NCBI GenBank assembly: GCA_963771075.1
Contig: CAVYSE010000024.1
Span: 1 to 64,000 of the forward strand
Direction: 5' to 3'
DNA length: 64,000 nucleotides
DNA from: a candidate division FCPU426 bacterium
GTDB taxonomy: Bacteria; Oederibacteriota; Muellerivitia; Muellerivitales; Muellerivitaceae
Shown: positions 1-11,321 of the stretch, piece by piece
How positions within the stretch are numbered: the first letter of the stretch is position 1
How the letters are laid out: each line of letters starts with the position of its first letter
Notes under the pieces: model-generated
Databases searched by the model: none
Told to the model about the DNA's origin: nothing
The model's input: only the letters and a program-made list of their open reading frames with translations
Made by a program: the position numbers and the translations under genes

Positions 1-1693
1 TCAAAAAGCACTCGCTCACCCCCAGGTTGTTGTGGAAATCGGGTGAATGGGGCTCGACCTGAAGCGCCGCCCGCATCTGGTCGATGGCCATCTCGTGCTT
101 ACCCATATGCTCGTAGAGAGTCCAAAGATTGAGCCGGGGCGCGGTGAATTTCGGGTCCAATTTCAGGGAGTATTCGAACTCCGCCTTCGCGTCCGGCAAG
201 CGGTTCAGGTATAAAAGGGCAGTACCTAGCCCGTTAAAACTGACCGCCAAGGGCGGGGGGATGGAAGCCGCGCGGCTATAGGCCTCCAGGGCCTCTTCGT
301 ACCGGCGGGCCTTGATATATTCCGCACCCAATTTGGAATAGTTATCCGGGTTTTCATCCGGGTAAACGGACGTGACCCGGCTCCAGAGGGATTTGGAATC
401 CTTCCAGGTGTCGATTTGGCTGAGGGTGGCCTGGCCCATTCCGAGGGTGGCTAGTAAGACCGCGATCCCGAAGAAACCCCACCGATAGGCCATCAGGAAA
501 GCCAGCATCGCCGAAAGGGGCAGGAAAAAACCCAAGCTAGGCAGGTAAGTGTAGCGGTCGGCGGCCGCCGCACTACCCGTTTGGATTAGTCCCGCGACCG
601 GCAAAAGGGTCACAAGGTAATAAAGCCAGGCAGCTAAAAGATAAGGCGCCTTATGCCGATGGCGGAACAGGAGATAAGAAATGAGAACCACTAGGGCCGC
701 TGCACAGTAATTTTCGAAAAGATAAAAGCCCAGCAGGTCTGGGGGAAAGGGGTAGAAGGCCGTTAGCCCCGAGGGCCAGGCCATTTTGATGAGGTAAAAC
801 AGGACCGAACGGAAAGAATTCATTAACCAATAAAACTCGACGCCAATGCGGGCGTAGGAAAGGTCCTTTTCGTGGGTGGCTAGGGTGACCCAGGCGGAGG
901 CCAGGGCCAAAAGGAAGAAGGGTATTTTCTCCTTAATGAGATTCGGGAAGCCCAAGGACCACCGGTTCAGGGGAAAAAAATCCAGGATCAAAAACACAAG
1001 GGGAAGGGTTATGGCCATGGGCTTGGACAAAAGGGCTAGACAATAAAAGCCCAATAAAACCCAGGGCTTCGGCCCTTTCCAGTCGAGCTGGTTGGGTTTT
1101 CCCAGGTATAACCCCAGGGCAAAGAGGTAAAAAAAGCCATATAACACATCCTTGCGTTCGGTGGCCCACGCCACTGATTCCACGTGGATGGGATGGAGCC
1201 CGAATAACAGGGCGGTCAAGAAGGCGATGGGCATGGCGAAGGTTTTAGGGCGATTCGGCGGACCGGGTAGGGCCGGTTCGGGGAACAGCCTCAGGAGGCG
1301 GACAGAAACCAGGAAAACCAGGATCGTGTTCAGCGCATGAAAAAAGATATTGGTGGCGTGAAAAATCCGGGGGTCCAAACCGCCCCATTGGTAATTGAGC
1401 GCGAAGGTGAGCCAGGTCAAGGGCATCCAATTGCCCGTGTCGGAGTTGGTAAGCATCCAACCGATCGAATTCCAATCCAGTTGGCGGATATGGACATTAC
1501 CCGTGATGTTATCGATGTCGTCCCAATTGACGAAATTGTTCCCCAGGGCGGGGTAATAATAGAAAATCACGATCAAGGCCAGTAATAGGGAACTAAATCC
1601 TAAACTGTCCCTGCCTTCCTGAAGAAGGCTGGGGAGAGAGCCAAACCTGGTTTCCTGATCCGGGGTATTTGAAGGTGCATTAGAGTTCGTCAT
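1..1693 (-). CDS. TMTC-like (GT-C fold) membrane glycosyltransferase with C-terminal TPRs, 3'-truncated by window edge
   Basis: Not in the ORF track because it has no stop in the window. Manual translation from ATG at 1693 (ATGA overlap with the upstream stop) gives NNFVNWDD, WMPLTW, HPIHVESVAWATERKDVL, SKPMA, AADRYTYLP and TPR motifs (HNNLG); paralogous to 1690..3321. Confidence 0.85.
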   Translation of the reverse strand, partial: MTNSNAPSNTPDQETRFGSLPSLLQEGRDSLGFSSLLLALIVIFYYYPALGNNFVNWDDIDNITGNVHIRQLDWNSIGWMLTNSDTGNWMPLTWLTFALNYQWGGLDPRIFHATNIFFHALNTILVFLVSVRLLRLFPEPALPGPPNRPKTFAMPIAFLTALLFGLHPIHVESVAWATERKDVLYGFFYLFALGLYLGKPNQLDWKGPKPWVLLGFYCLALLSKPMAITLPLVFLILDFFPLNRWSLGFPNLIKEKIPFFLLALASAWVTLATHEKDLSYARIGVEFYWLMNSFRSVLFYLIKMAWPSGLTAFYPFPPDLLGFYLFENYCAAALVVLISYLLFRHRHKAPYLLAAWLYYLVTLLPVAGLIQTGSAAAADRYTYLPSLGFFLPLSAMLAFLMAYRWGFFGIAVLLATLGMGQATLSQIDTWKDSKSLWSRVTSVYPDENPDNYSKLGAEYIKARRYEEALEAYSRAASIPPPLAVSFNGLGTALLYLNRLPDAKAEFEYSLKLDPKFTAPRLNLWTLYEHMGKHEMAIDQMRAALQVEPHSPDFHNNLGVSECFL

Positions 1694-3321
1694 TGTTTTC
1701 GGTTTCCTGAAGCCAGGGCGTTTGTAAGGTTTCCCCGGTACATGGGGTTGCCGGGGTCCAAAGAGGCGGCTTCCTGAAAGGCCTTGGCGGCTTCCTCCAT
1801 TTTTCCCAGATAGGCGTAACTGACCCCCAGGTTGTTATAGGCTGGGGCGTATTGGGGATCCAGTTGGATGGCGGTTTGGGCCTCGGTGACCGCTTTGTCA
1901 TATTCCCCAAGGTTTTGGAAGACATAGCTCAGGTTGGCGTGGGGTGGGCCGTATTTCGGGTCCAGGGTGAGGGCAGATTGGAATTCCGCGATCGATTCCG
2001 TCCAACGGCCCAGGTCGGAAAGGGCCAGGCCTTTTCCATAGTGGACCCGGGCCAGGTTGGGGTTGAGGGCGATGGCTTGGTCAAAAGCTGCAAGGGCATC
2101 GTCGGGCCTGCCGCTGTCCCGGAAGGCGAAGCCCAAGTTCCAGAAGGAGATCTCGGACGGGTTGGTGGAAACCCGTACCGCGTTTTCCCATAGGGTGACC
2201 GAATTTTTCCAAACCCCCACTTGGTGATAAGTCCGAATGCCGAGAAAAAGGGATAGACCAAGAACCAAAAGGGCAAAAATGAGTTTTTGATGGGCGATCC
2301 CTTTTGCGGCGACCGCCGAAAAAAGCATGATCAAGCTTAGTGTGGACAGGTAGGTATAGCGGTCGGCCGCGGCATGAGAACCGACTTGAACGATTCCCAA
2401 GACCGGCGCCAAGGCCACGCCATAATAGAACCAACTCGTGAATAAATAGGGCCGGCTCCCGCGAAAGACGATCACGGTGAGCGTCACGACAATCACCAAG
2501 CCTAAGGCGGCCAGGTTTAGGGGGGAGAAGGCGCTACTCTTCAAAACCAGGGAGTACAGGGCGGATAGGTCGAAGGGGAGAATGGTTTTTTGGATATAGA
2601 AAAAGAGGGAGTGAAAACCGTTCATGACCCGATATTCCAACGGCCACTGACGCAATCCGGGCGCTGCCCCTGCTTGCACCTGGGAAGTGACGGCTAAGCC
2701 CGCTGAGATCACCAGGGGGATGAGAAATAGGATTTTCTCGCGAATGAGATTTTTCCTTTCCGCAGCCCACCGTTTGAGGGGCCAGAAATCAAGAAGTAGC
2801 AGGACGAAGGGAAGGGAAATGGCCATGGGTTTGGACATGATCGATAACGCGAAAAAGACGAAACAATAGAGCCAATCTTTCCGTGGGTGGGTAGGGTCCT
2901 CCGCGTAATTTAAATAGGCCAAGAGGCTCAAAAGATAAAAGAACCCATAAAGGACGTCTTTGCGTTCCGACGCCCAGGCCACCGATTCCACATGGAGGGG
3001 ATGGAGGCCAAAGATGATGGCGGTCAGGAAGGCCGCAGGAAGGGCCCAGGAAACCGGGGTTTGGGAACTGTTGGATAGGCCGAAAATCCGATGGGCGAGT
3101 AAAAAAACCAAAGCCACATTCAAAAGGTGAATAACCAGGCTGTCCCAATGGTAAAAGGATGGGCGTAGGCCGCCTAGATGATAATCCAGGGCCAGGGAAA
3201 GCCAAGTGAGGGGCGACCAATAGCCCGCCCCGTTGCTGGTAAACATCCATTGAAGGGAAGCGGGGGAAAAGTTGTGGAGGGGGATGTTTTGGACGATGAG
3301 CTCCTTATCATCCCAATCCAC
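1690..3321 (-). CDS. TMTC-like (GT-C fold) membrane glycosyltransferase with C-terminal TPRs; true start probably further upstream
   Basis: DWDD, YWSPLTW, HPLHVESVAWASERKDVL, SKPMA and ADRYTYL motifs, many TM helices and ~4 TPRs. The frame stays open to ~3470 and includes an N-terminal TM helix. Confidence 0.85.
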   Translation of the reverse strand: MDWDDKELIVQNIPLHNFSPASLQWMFTSNGAGYWSPLTWLSLALDYHLGGLRPSFYHWDSLVIHLLNVALVFLLAHRIFGLSNSSQTPVSWALPAAFLTAIIFGLHPLHVESVAWASERKDVLYGFFYLLSLLAYLNYAEDPTHPRKDWLYCFVFFALSIMSKPMAISLPFVLLLLDFWPLKRWAAERKNLIREKILFLIPLVISAGLAVTSQVQAGAAPGLRQWPLEYRVMNGFHSLFFYIQKTILPFDLSALYSLVLKSSAFSPLNLAALGLVIVVTLTVIVFRGSRPYLFTSWFYYGVALAPVLGIVQVGSHAAADRYTYLSTLSLIMLFSAVAAKGIAHQKLIFALLVLGLSLFLGIRTYHQVGVWKNSVTLWENAVRVSTNPSEISFWNLGFAFRDSGRPDDALAAFDQAIALNPNLARVHYGKGLALSDLGRWTESIAEFQSALTLDPKYGPPHANLSYVFQNLGEYDKAVTEAQTAIQLDPQYAPAYNNLGVSYAYLGKMEEAAKAFQEAASLDPGNPMYRGNLTNALASGNRKQ

Positions 3322-3529
3322 AAATCCGTTTTGACCGAGGGAACTATAAGCGACTAAGGTCGCCAGGGGTGCCAGCGCCGTGATGAGTCTGAGGGGAATG
3401 GAGGCTTTCCGTTGGATGGTTTGGGCGGTATCGATGGGTTTATTTCCGAATGGGATAAGAATAAAGTCATTCTAATATGAAAGAAGTTTTTGAGGTATTA
3501 TCAAACGATCTTCTCAAGACGGGGGCAAA

Positions 3530-3901
3530 ATGGGCAAGAATGATGAAATCCAATGGCTGGCAGCGCCGGAGGATAAGGACTATCCGGCGGCGGGGTCCTA
3601 CCTCGCGTTATTGTATGAGGAAGCGGTGGTAAAGGAACTGGTGACGAAATTGCGGCAGGCGCAAGTGGTTCCATTTAAGGCCAAGGATATCTTTCGGGCT
3701 TCCCGCTTATCCCTTTTGGGGGTGAGTAATACGCATGTCGAGAAGGACCGCCAGAAGGTCAAGGACGGTAAGGCGCTGTCCCCCATCCTTTTGGTGAGGG
3801 ATACCAAGCTGGGCAAATTGATTATTGCCGATGGATACCACCGTCTCTGCGCTGTTTATTCGCTCAGCGAGGATGAATCGATTCCTTGCAAGATCGTTTG
3901 A
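3530..3901 (+). CDS. Small ParB/Srx-N-like domain protein
   Basis: 123 aa; PILLV...IIADGYHRL resembles the ParB/Srx DGxHR motif. Confidence 0.65.
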   Translation: MGKNDEIQWLAAPEDKDYPAAGSYLALLYEEAVVKELVTKLRQAQVVPFKAKDIFRASRLSLLGVSNTHVEKDRQKVKDGKALSPILLVRDTKLGKLIIADGYHRLCAVYSLSEDESIPCKIV

Positions 3902-3930
3902 GTTTCCTAGAAAGGAAAGGGGAGTATTGA

Positions 3931-4134
3931 GTGAAATTAACGAAAAAAGTGGCGAACAGGTTGTTGGGTGAACTGTTAAAAGAAGAGAAAAAACTGCAGA
4001 GGTGGCGGCTGAATGGAATCGGTTTGGTCATGACCAAGGAAACCTACCAAGCTTTGAAGGAATCGGACCATCCGAAGAAGGATTTTATCCTACAAGGTGT
4101 GCTTGTGGAACGGCGTAACAATTTGAGATTTTGA
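3931..4134 (+). CDS. Small hypothetical protein
   Basis: 67-aa ORF with GGGGAG upstream of a GTG; co-oriented with neighbours. Confidence 0.45.
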   Translation: MKLTKKVANRLLGELLKEEKKLQRWRLNGIGLVMTKETYQALKESDHPKKDFILQGVLVERRNNLRF

Positions 4135-4201
4135 GTTATTACCGATAAGCCTGCCCTGTGGCCGGGGAAATACCTGGTTGGTAATGGGGACGAGTGAGTT
4201 T

Positions 4202-5017
4202 ATGCATCCATCCAAAGACAAGAAAACCGCAGTCGCCTTTTTCTTTTTGCTGGTTTGTGGGATGGTTGGACCCTCCCAGGCGCAAACGAATGATGAGAAA
4301 ATCCAGCAATTCCGAAAAGACCTGAAAATGAACCCCCAAGACGCCTTGGCCTATTTCCAATGGGGAAGCGCCCTGGATGACCTGGGGCGGTTTTCAGAAG
4401 CGATTGAAAAATACCAAAAAGCCAGCGAGATCGACCCGGCCTACGCGGCGGTATATTACAACTGGGGTTATGATTTGGGCCGGTTGGGAAGTTATGGGGA
4501 AGCTTGTCCGAAATATCAAAAGGCGATTGAACTGAATCCCCGGTTCCCCAAGGCCTATTACAGTTGGAGCCTGGCCTTGATGATGATGGAAAAGTATGAC
4601 GAGGCTATAAAGAAATGCCAAAAAGCCCTGGAGCTCAACGCCAAGGACCCCCAGGCTTTCACCAACTGGGGCGTCATCCTGGGAAAAGAGGGGAAAAGGG
4701 CCGATGCAATCCACCAATTCGAACAGGCCGTCGCCTTTGATCCCCTTTTTACCTCGGCCTATTTCGATTGGGGTTTGACCCTGAGGGACTGGGGCAAGCC
4801 CGCCTTAGCCGCCGCTCAATTCGAAAAGGTTACCCAAATCGACCCGCAGGATGGGCAGGCCTATTACCAATGGGGTTTGATGCTGGAACAAATGGATGAG
4901 CCAGCGGAAGCGACAGAGAAATTCAAGAAGGTGTTAAAGTTGGAATCCTGCGACCCCGAGACCCGGGGAGCCGCGAGCGCTGAGATTTATAAGATTCAAA
5001 AGCGAATTCCTAAGTAA
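4202..5017 (+). CDS. Secreted tetratricopeptide-repeat protein
   Basis: Signal peptide (…VGPSQAQ) followed by ~6 34-aa repeats (AYFQWG..L..LG...EA...YQKA..IDP). Confidence 0.85.
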   Translation: MHPSKDKKTAVAFFFLLVCGMVGPSQAQTNDEKIQQFRKDLKMNPQDALAYFQWGSALDDLGRFSEAIEKYQKASEIDPAYAAVYYNWGYDLGRLGSYGEACPKYQKAIELNPRFPKAYYSWSLALMMMEKYDEAIKKCQKALELNAKDPQAFTNWGVILGKEGKRADAIHQFEQAVAFDPLFTSAYFDWGLTLRDWGKPALAAAQFEKVTQIDPQDGQAYYQWGLMLEQMDEPAEATEKFKKVLKLESCDPETRGAASAEIYKIQKRIPK

Positions 5018-5046
5018 AACCGAATGATGGGAGTCTCAAATTTTTT

Positions 5047-5084
5047 AAAAAAGGGCGATCGGGCCTTTCGAACGCCCTTTTTTT
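5047..5084. terminator. Bidirectional intrinsic terminator
   Basis: A6-GGGCG…CGCCC-T7 between convergent genes. Confidence 0.75.
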
Positions 5085-5104
5085 ATTACGATATTAGAAG
5101 CCGC

Positions 5105-6399
<1,295 letters not shown>

Positions 6400-6849
6400 G
6401 GCGGATCCTTTTCGAACGGAATAGGCCCAAGGGCCGAAAAACACAAGGATTCTAACTGCAGGTATGACGTGACTTCATGATAAAAATCAGATGGTGCCGG
6501 ATGACCAAGTTTGAAATGAGATTAAGTATGAGCTTTGAACTATCGATATGAATTACGAAGCTGATGGAGTTTAACCGGGAATAAATGAGGTAGAATTAAA
6601 AAAACACATGCATTTGAAGTCTTGGAAATTCTCGGAAAGTAAATTTACCCAATAAAATTGTTATGAACATTATCTAATGTGATATTAAAGATTAATTGTG
6701 TTTCCAAACAATAATGAGATTTGCCGGATAAGTTTATCGTTCTACAAAGGTGTTAATTGAATGAATTTAAGTTAAACGGTATACTACCTATTAGGAAGCC
6801 TTGTTTAGGGTCAATGGGCTTTCGAGTAAATTTGTGAGGGGGGCTTAAG

Positions 6850-7305
6850 GTGTTTCGTTTAAAGACCAAAGGTTTTACGCTTATTGAACTGATGATCGTT
6901 GTCGCGATCATCGGAATTTTGGCGGCGATTGCGATTCCCAAATTCGCGCAGATGCTTGAGAAATCGCGCGAAGGCGCCACCAAGGGCAATTTGGGAAGCT
7001 TCAAGTCCGCCTCATCGATTTATTACGGGGACCAACAAGGTATTTGGCCATCGACGCTTAATACCTTCAGTGTTTACTCATTCAGCAAGTACATGGGGAC
7101 CCTAGCTCCGGTGAAGGTGACCGGGGCTTTCGTGTCTGACTCGACTTACCCGCAGGGGAACGTTGTTTCCCTTACGGCACAAGCCGGAGCGCCGACGGGC
7201 GCCACATCGGGCTGGCTGTACGACAGCTCGAACGGTATCGTTTACGTCAACAGCACCGTGCAAGATTCAAAGGCGATCCCGTATTCTTTTTACGGGTTTG
7301 AATAA
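6850..7305 (+). CDS. Type IV pilin / prepilin-type protein
   Basis: KG|FTLIELMIVVAIIGILAAIAIP class III signal with E5. Confidence 0.9.
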   Translation: MFRLKTKGFTLIELMIVVAIIGILAAIAIPKFAQMLEKSREGATKGNLGSFKSASSIYYGDQQGIWPSTLNTFSVYSFSKYMGTLAPVKVTGAFVSDSTYPQGNVVSLTAQAGAPTGATSGWLYDSSNGIVYVNSTVQDSKAIPYSFYGFE

Positions 7306-7325
7306 GACTCTAAGTTTAATTTTTT

Positions 7326-7360
7326 AAAAAAGGGTGGCGTATATAACGCCACCCTTTTTT
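7326..7360. terminator. Intrinsic terminator after pilin
   Basis: Perfect stem A6-GGGTGGCGT/ACGCCACCC-T6. Confidence 0.85.
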
Positions 7361-7944
7361 ATTTAAGTTGGACGTTCCGTAAACCGATAACCTTCGGCTT
7401 ATTTGAACATTCAAGTTGAATTCTTGAATCGCAATCTCGCCCGACGCGCAACAAATGTTCCCCAAGATGAAATGGATCGATCTCCATGGACGCCGATTGT
7501 CTGGGACCGGATATTTAGGTTTACCCAATTCGCAGAATATATGTTATTCACCCAATCCTGATCCCGAAAACCTCCCCAAAAGCATAATCCAATGAATTTA
7601 GAATGGCCTGGCCCAATCATTTTAAAACCGTCCTGCTGTCTTAATGGACGTTTGACGATAAATAAATGCTGGTTCGGGATAATCCATGCGGAATAAAATT
7701 TGCTTATCAATTTGACATAGACAATCGATTTTCAGGTTGAACTATCGTTACTTTGGGATAACGTCCGGGACGAAGGATTTATTGTTTTTAACTGAACGAG
7801 ACAAAAGGGGGACCAGACGGACGAAAGGTTCCTTCGTATGGCGGGATTTTTTCAACCTCCAAGCGTCAATAAATACGACCGTAAAATAAAGGATCTAGAT
7901 GCTGCCATCCAAAAATATTGATTGCCTAGAAAGAAGGAGTTCCC

Positions 7945-8295
7945 ATGAAACGTGAGGAATTTTGGCTTGGGGTTTGCGTGTATCTTCTCATCGTTATAGC
8001 GGGTCACCTGGGGCCGGATCTTTCGAAAACAGCTATTTTCAATAAGAAAATCATCGACTTGTTCCATAGTGGGATACCGGCGGAGGTAGGAAAGAGGGCC
8101 CCCCTAGGTTATGCGGCAAGTCCGGACCATTCGGTAAAACTCGGCGAAGAAAAGTGGTCCAAGGCCCTTCTTGGGACCCGCCACCGGAATTCGGTAAAAT
8201 ACGATTTACGCCTCAAGGACAAGGGGAAAGGTGTTCCGTTGACCCGGCCACGCCCGCCGAGGGAACCCGTTGAGCCGATTTCATTTTCCCTGTAA
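7945..8295 (+). CDS. Hypothetical protein with N-terminal TM helix
   Basis: AAGGAG RBS upstream of the ATG; hydrophobic N-terminus. Confidence 0.55.
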   Translation: MKREEFWLGVCVYLLIVIAGHLGPDLSKTAIFNKKIIDLFHSGIPAEVGKRAPLGYAASPDHSVKLGEEKWSKALLGTRHRNSVKYDLRLKDKGKGVPLTRPRPPREPVEPISFSL

Positions 8296-8364
8296 ATATT
8301 TCTACTCACCACCATTTCCCCGGCCTATACTCGGAAAGATCAATCGTTGTTCCCGAGAGGTTCT

Positions 8365-9075
8365 ATGGGCGCTCATACCCTTTCCATTGATGTTGGTGGC
8401 ACCGGTTTAAAAGCATCGGTTCTGGACGCGGCCGGGAAGATGCTCGTTGAACGTGTTCGGGTTGAAACTCCCCAACCCTGTCCGCCCCAACTGCTGATCA
8501 AATGCCTTTTGAAATTGGTCAAGAGCTTGCCGGCCTTCGACCAAGTATCGGTGGGTTTTCCGGGCGTGGTCCGGGACGGGATCGTATTAACCGCCCCCAA
8601 TCTGAATGACGGCAATTGGCCGCATTTCCCGTTGGCGAAAAAGTTGGAGAAAGAATGGGGAAAACCTGTCCGCGTTTTAAATGACGCCGATATGCAGGGA
8701 TTGGCGGTCATATCGGGCAAGGGTCTGGAAATGGTCGTAACTCTCGGGACGGGAGTGGGAACCGCGCTTTACCGGGATGGGGAACTCATGGCCCACCTGG
8801 AGTTGGCCCATCATCCGGTGGTGAAGGACAAGACCTATAACCAATATATCGGGGACGCGGTTTTAAAGGGAAAGGGGCGTAAAAAATGGAACAAAAGAGT
8901 TCAAAAGGCCCTGGGTTTTCTCCAAACGCTTGTTAATTACGACCGGATTTACCTGGGCGGGGGCAATTCGAGGGAAATCCGTTTCAAGTTGGCCAAAAAC
9001 ATGAAGATCGTATCCAATGATGCAGGCATATTGGGCGGTATCGCACTCTGGGATGGGCAACGGAAGTTTTATTAA
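8365..9075 (+). CDS. ppgK: ROK family kinase, polyphosphate/ATP glucokinase-like
   Basis: SIDVGGTGLK, GFPGVV, NDAD, VTLGTGVGTA, ELAH, LGGGN, NDAGILG; lacks the Cys-rich Zn motif, as in PPGK-type ROK proteins. Confidence 0.75.
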   Translation: MGAHTLSIDVGGTGLKASVLDAAGKMLVERVRVETPQPCPPQLLIKCLLKLVKSLPAFDQVSVGFPGVVRDGIVLTAPNLNDGNWPHFPLAKKLEKEWGKPVRVLNDADMQGLAVISGKGLEMVVTLGTGVGTALYRDGELMAHLELAHHPVVKDKTYNQYIGDAVLKGKGRKKWNKRVQKALGFLQTLVNYDRIYLGGGNSREIRFKLAKNMKIVSNDAGILGGIALWDGQRKFY

Positions 9076-9181
9076 AAGACTTTTATTAAACCAAGATTCC
9101 CAATGGCCGAGGAAGGAAGACTTCTTGTTTGGACTTTTTATCCGCCATGTCCGAATCCCTTCCTTTTCGCGGTGGTTTCCA

Positions 9182-10300
9182 ATGGCGGTTTTCCTCCTAT
9201 CGGTTTCCCCAACCCTCTGCCAGGAGGCTCGGGAGGAATATCGGGCCGGTCTCGACCTCTACCAACATGGGCTTTATGCCCAGGCGATTTCACATTTTAA
9301 ATCGGCCACAAAAGCCGATCCCTCCCTTTGGCAGGCTTTCCAGGCGATGGGGCAGTGCCAATACGGGATGGGGGATCAGGCAGGGGCCCTCGCTTCCTTT
9401 GACAAAAGTTTGAAAATCCATCCCGCCAACCCAAATCTCCGCGCTTTTGTGGAAAAAATCCGTCAAAGCTTTTTGCTGAATCGGGACGCTGGAACGGGTT
9501 CCCGGCCTGTTTCGGCCTTGGGGATGACCGTCCGCCCCCTGGTTAATCCCGCGTCCCGGATGAAGCCGGCTTTCGCCCAGGTTTATGGCACATTAGGAAA
9601 CTCTATCCTGACTGACTTGGAGACGGGATACCGCACCCTCGACAATGATACGATCGGAACGAACAGCAACAATCACGCCACGTTCCCTTTCGCTGGAATC
9701 GGGATGGAAATGGGCTATTGCCTCGACCGAAACGACTGCTTGAGTGTAAGCCTGGAAATGGCTTCGGTTTATGGCTTTTCCATCGATAACGGCGATCCCC
9801 AATCCCGTTTTATCGAGAAGCTTTCCAATCAGCTTTTGACTTTTGGATTCCATTATTCCTATTTGACCCCGGACAAGGATGGGCCCTGGATTGCCCGGTT
9901 TGGGGTTGATTACTACCTTCTTGGGTTTTCCTTTTATGAAAGTTACATGGAGCCATCCGCGAATATTTCCGAACAAGTCAGCCTTCCAGCGGGAACGGGC
10001 AGCACTTTGGGCGCCGCAGTTGCGTTGGGAAAGGATTTTGACCTAGGCGGGTTAAGTTTGGAATTGCTGGCAAAGGTTAAACTGGCAACGATTACTCAGA
10101 TGACGGGAGCTTATGCTACCTCCGGGAACTCCAACTTTCCGCAACCCCTCAGCTCAAGCGGAATCGGAGCGGTGGCTACCGCCTCCGACGGTTCCATCGA
10201 ACTGGTGGATCAGTCGCAAATGCAGGCCTCGGGAGATCGGTACACCCAGATGCAACTATTGGGTTATGAATTGAGATTGGGCCTGAATTACTGGTTTTAG
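9182..10300 (+). CDS. Secreted TPR protein with probable C-terminal outer-membrane beta-barrel (start uncertain; ORF open from 9017)
   Basis: N-terminal TPRs, then amphipathic beta-strands ending LRLGLNYWF (BamA-type terminal Phe). Confidence 0.7.
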   Translation: MAVFLLSVSPTLCQEAREEYRAGLDLYQHGLYAQAISHFKSATKADPSLWQAFQAMGQCQYGMGDQAGALASFDKSLKIHPANPNLRAFVEKIRQSFLLNRDAGTGSRPVSALGMTVRPLVNPASRMKPAFAQVYGTLGNSILTDLETGYRTLDNDTIGTNSNNHATFPFAGIGMEMGYCLDRNDCLSVSLEMASVYGFSIDNGDPQSRFIEKLSNQLLTFGFHYSYLTPDKDGPWIARFGVDYYLLGFSFYESYMEPSANISEQVSLPAGTGSTLGAAVALGKDFDLGGLSLELLAKVKLATITQMTGAYATSGNSNFPQPLSSSGIGAVATASDGSIELVDQSQMQASGDRYTQMQLLGYELRLGLNYWF

Positions 10301-10319
10301 CCACCCCAAAAAGACCTCA

Positions 10320-11321
10320 TTAAACGATGCCCTTGGATTTCCCCAAAAACCGTCCCATGTCTTCCGGAATAGGGGATTCGAACTCAACCCTTTGGCCAGT
10401 CACAGGATGAGAAAAGGCGAGCTTGTGGGCGTGCAATAAAAGACGGGGAGCCCCTCCCGAAGCGGGGGCAGAGGGTTTTCCTCCTTTGACGGTTCTCACG
10501 TATTCCAAAAATTCCTCATCGGTGCGGCCGTAAAGCCTGTCCCCGAGGATGGGATGCCCAAGGTAATCCAGGTGGACCCGAATCTGGTTGGTGCGGCCTG
10601 TTTTGGGAATGCATCGGACCAAGGTGAACGTCTCAAATCGTTGAAGCGTTTCAAAAAGGGTTTTCGCGGGACGGGCGCCCAGCGCTCCATCGAGGAGAAC
10701 CTGGTGTCGGATGGAGATCTGGCTGGTAGGTGACCGCCCGATGGCGCATTCGACCGCGAAATGATCCTCCTTGATATTTCCTTGGGCTACCGCCAGGTAT
10801 TCTTTTTCCACTCGCCCCACCTCAAACTGAAGGGTGAGGTTGCGATGGGCTTCCCTTTGCTTGGCCACGACCATGAGGCCGCTGGTTTCTCTGTCCAAAC
10901 GGTGGACGAGTTTCACCTTCCCCTGGAAGCCTTTTTGGATTAGTTTTTGGGTCAGGATATGGATAAATGTATTTTTGATGAAATTACCATCGGCGTGGGA
11001 CGGCAAATTCCCGGGCTTTTCCGCAACCAGGAAAGACTCTTCCTCGTACAGAATCCGCACATCCCTATTCACGGGGGGTTCTTTTAAAGTCACCTTGTAG
11101 GCGATTCGGTCGCCCCGGTGAACGGGTTGGATAGGGGATGATTTAATCCCATTCAAGGTCACTCGACCGGCGATAATCAAGTCCCGCCAGGTTTCTTGGG
11201 ACTGGTATCGGAAACGTCCCGCAAGGTATTCTAATAAAGTTTTTCCATCGCCTTGGGGCGGGACTCGGCTTTGAAGGGTAGCTTTTTCACCGGGAGATTG
11301 TTCGGGAGGGAATGCATCCAT
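10320..11321 (-). CDS. RluA/RluD-family RNA pseudouridine synthase with S4-like N-domain
   Basis: KPGNLPSH, VHRLDRETSG (catalytic Asp), TGRTNQIRVHL, HPILGD, LLLHA. Confidence 0.92.
   Translation of the reverse strand: MDAFPPEQSPGEKATLQSRVPPQGDGKTLLEYLAGRFRYQSQETWRDLIIAGRVTLNGIKSSPIQPVHRGDRIAYKVTLKEPPVNRDVRILYEEESFLVAEKPGNLPSHADGNFIKNTFIHILTQKLIQKGFQGKVKLVHRLDRETSGLMVVAKQREAHRNLTLQFEVGRVEKEYLAVAQGNIKEDHFAVECAIGRSPTSQISIRHQVLLDGALGARPAKTLFETLQRFETFTLVRCIPKTGRTNQIRVHLDYLGHPILGDRLYGRTDEEFLEYVRTVKGGKPSAPASGGAPRLLLHAHKLAFSHPVTGQRVEFESPIPEDMGRFLGKSKGIV

Noticed and set aside
7411..7710. 99-aa - strand ORF
   Set aside because: TTG start without RBS, no motif, AT-rich; cannot be supported as a gene.
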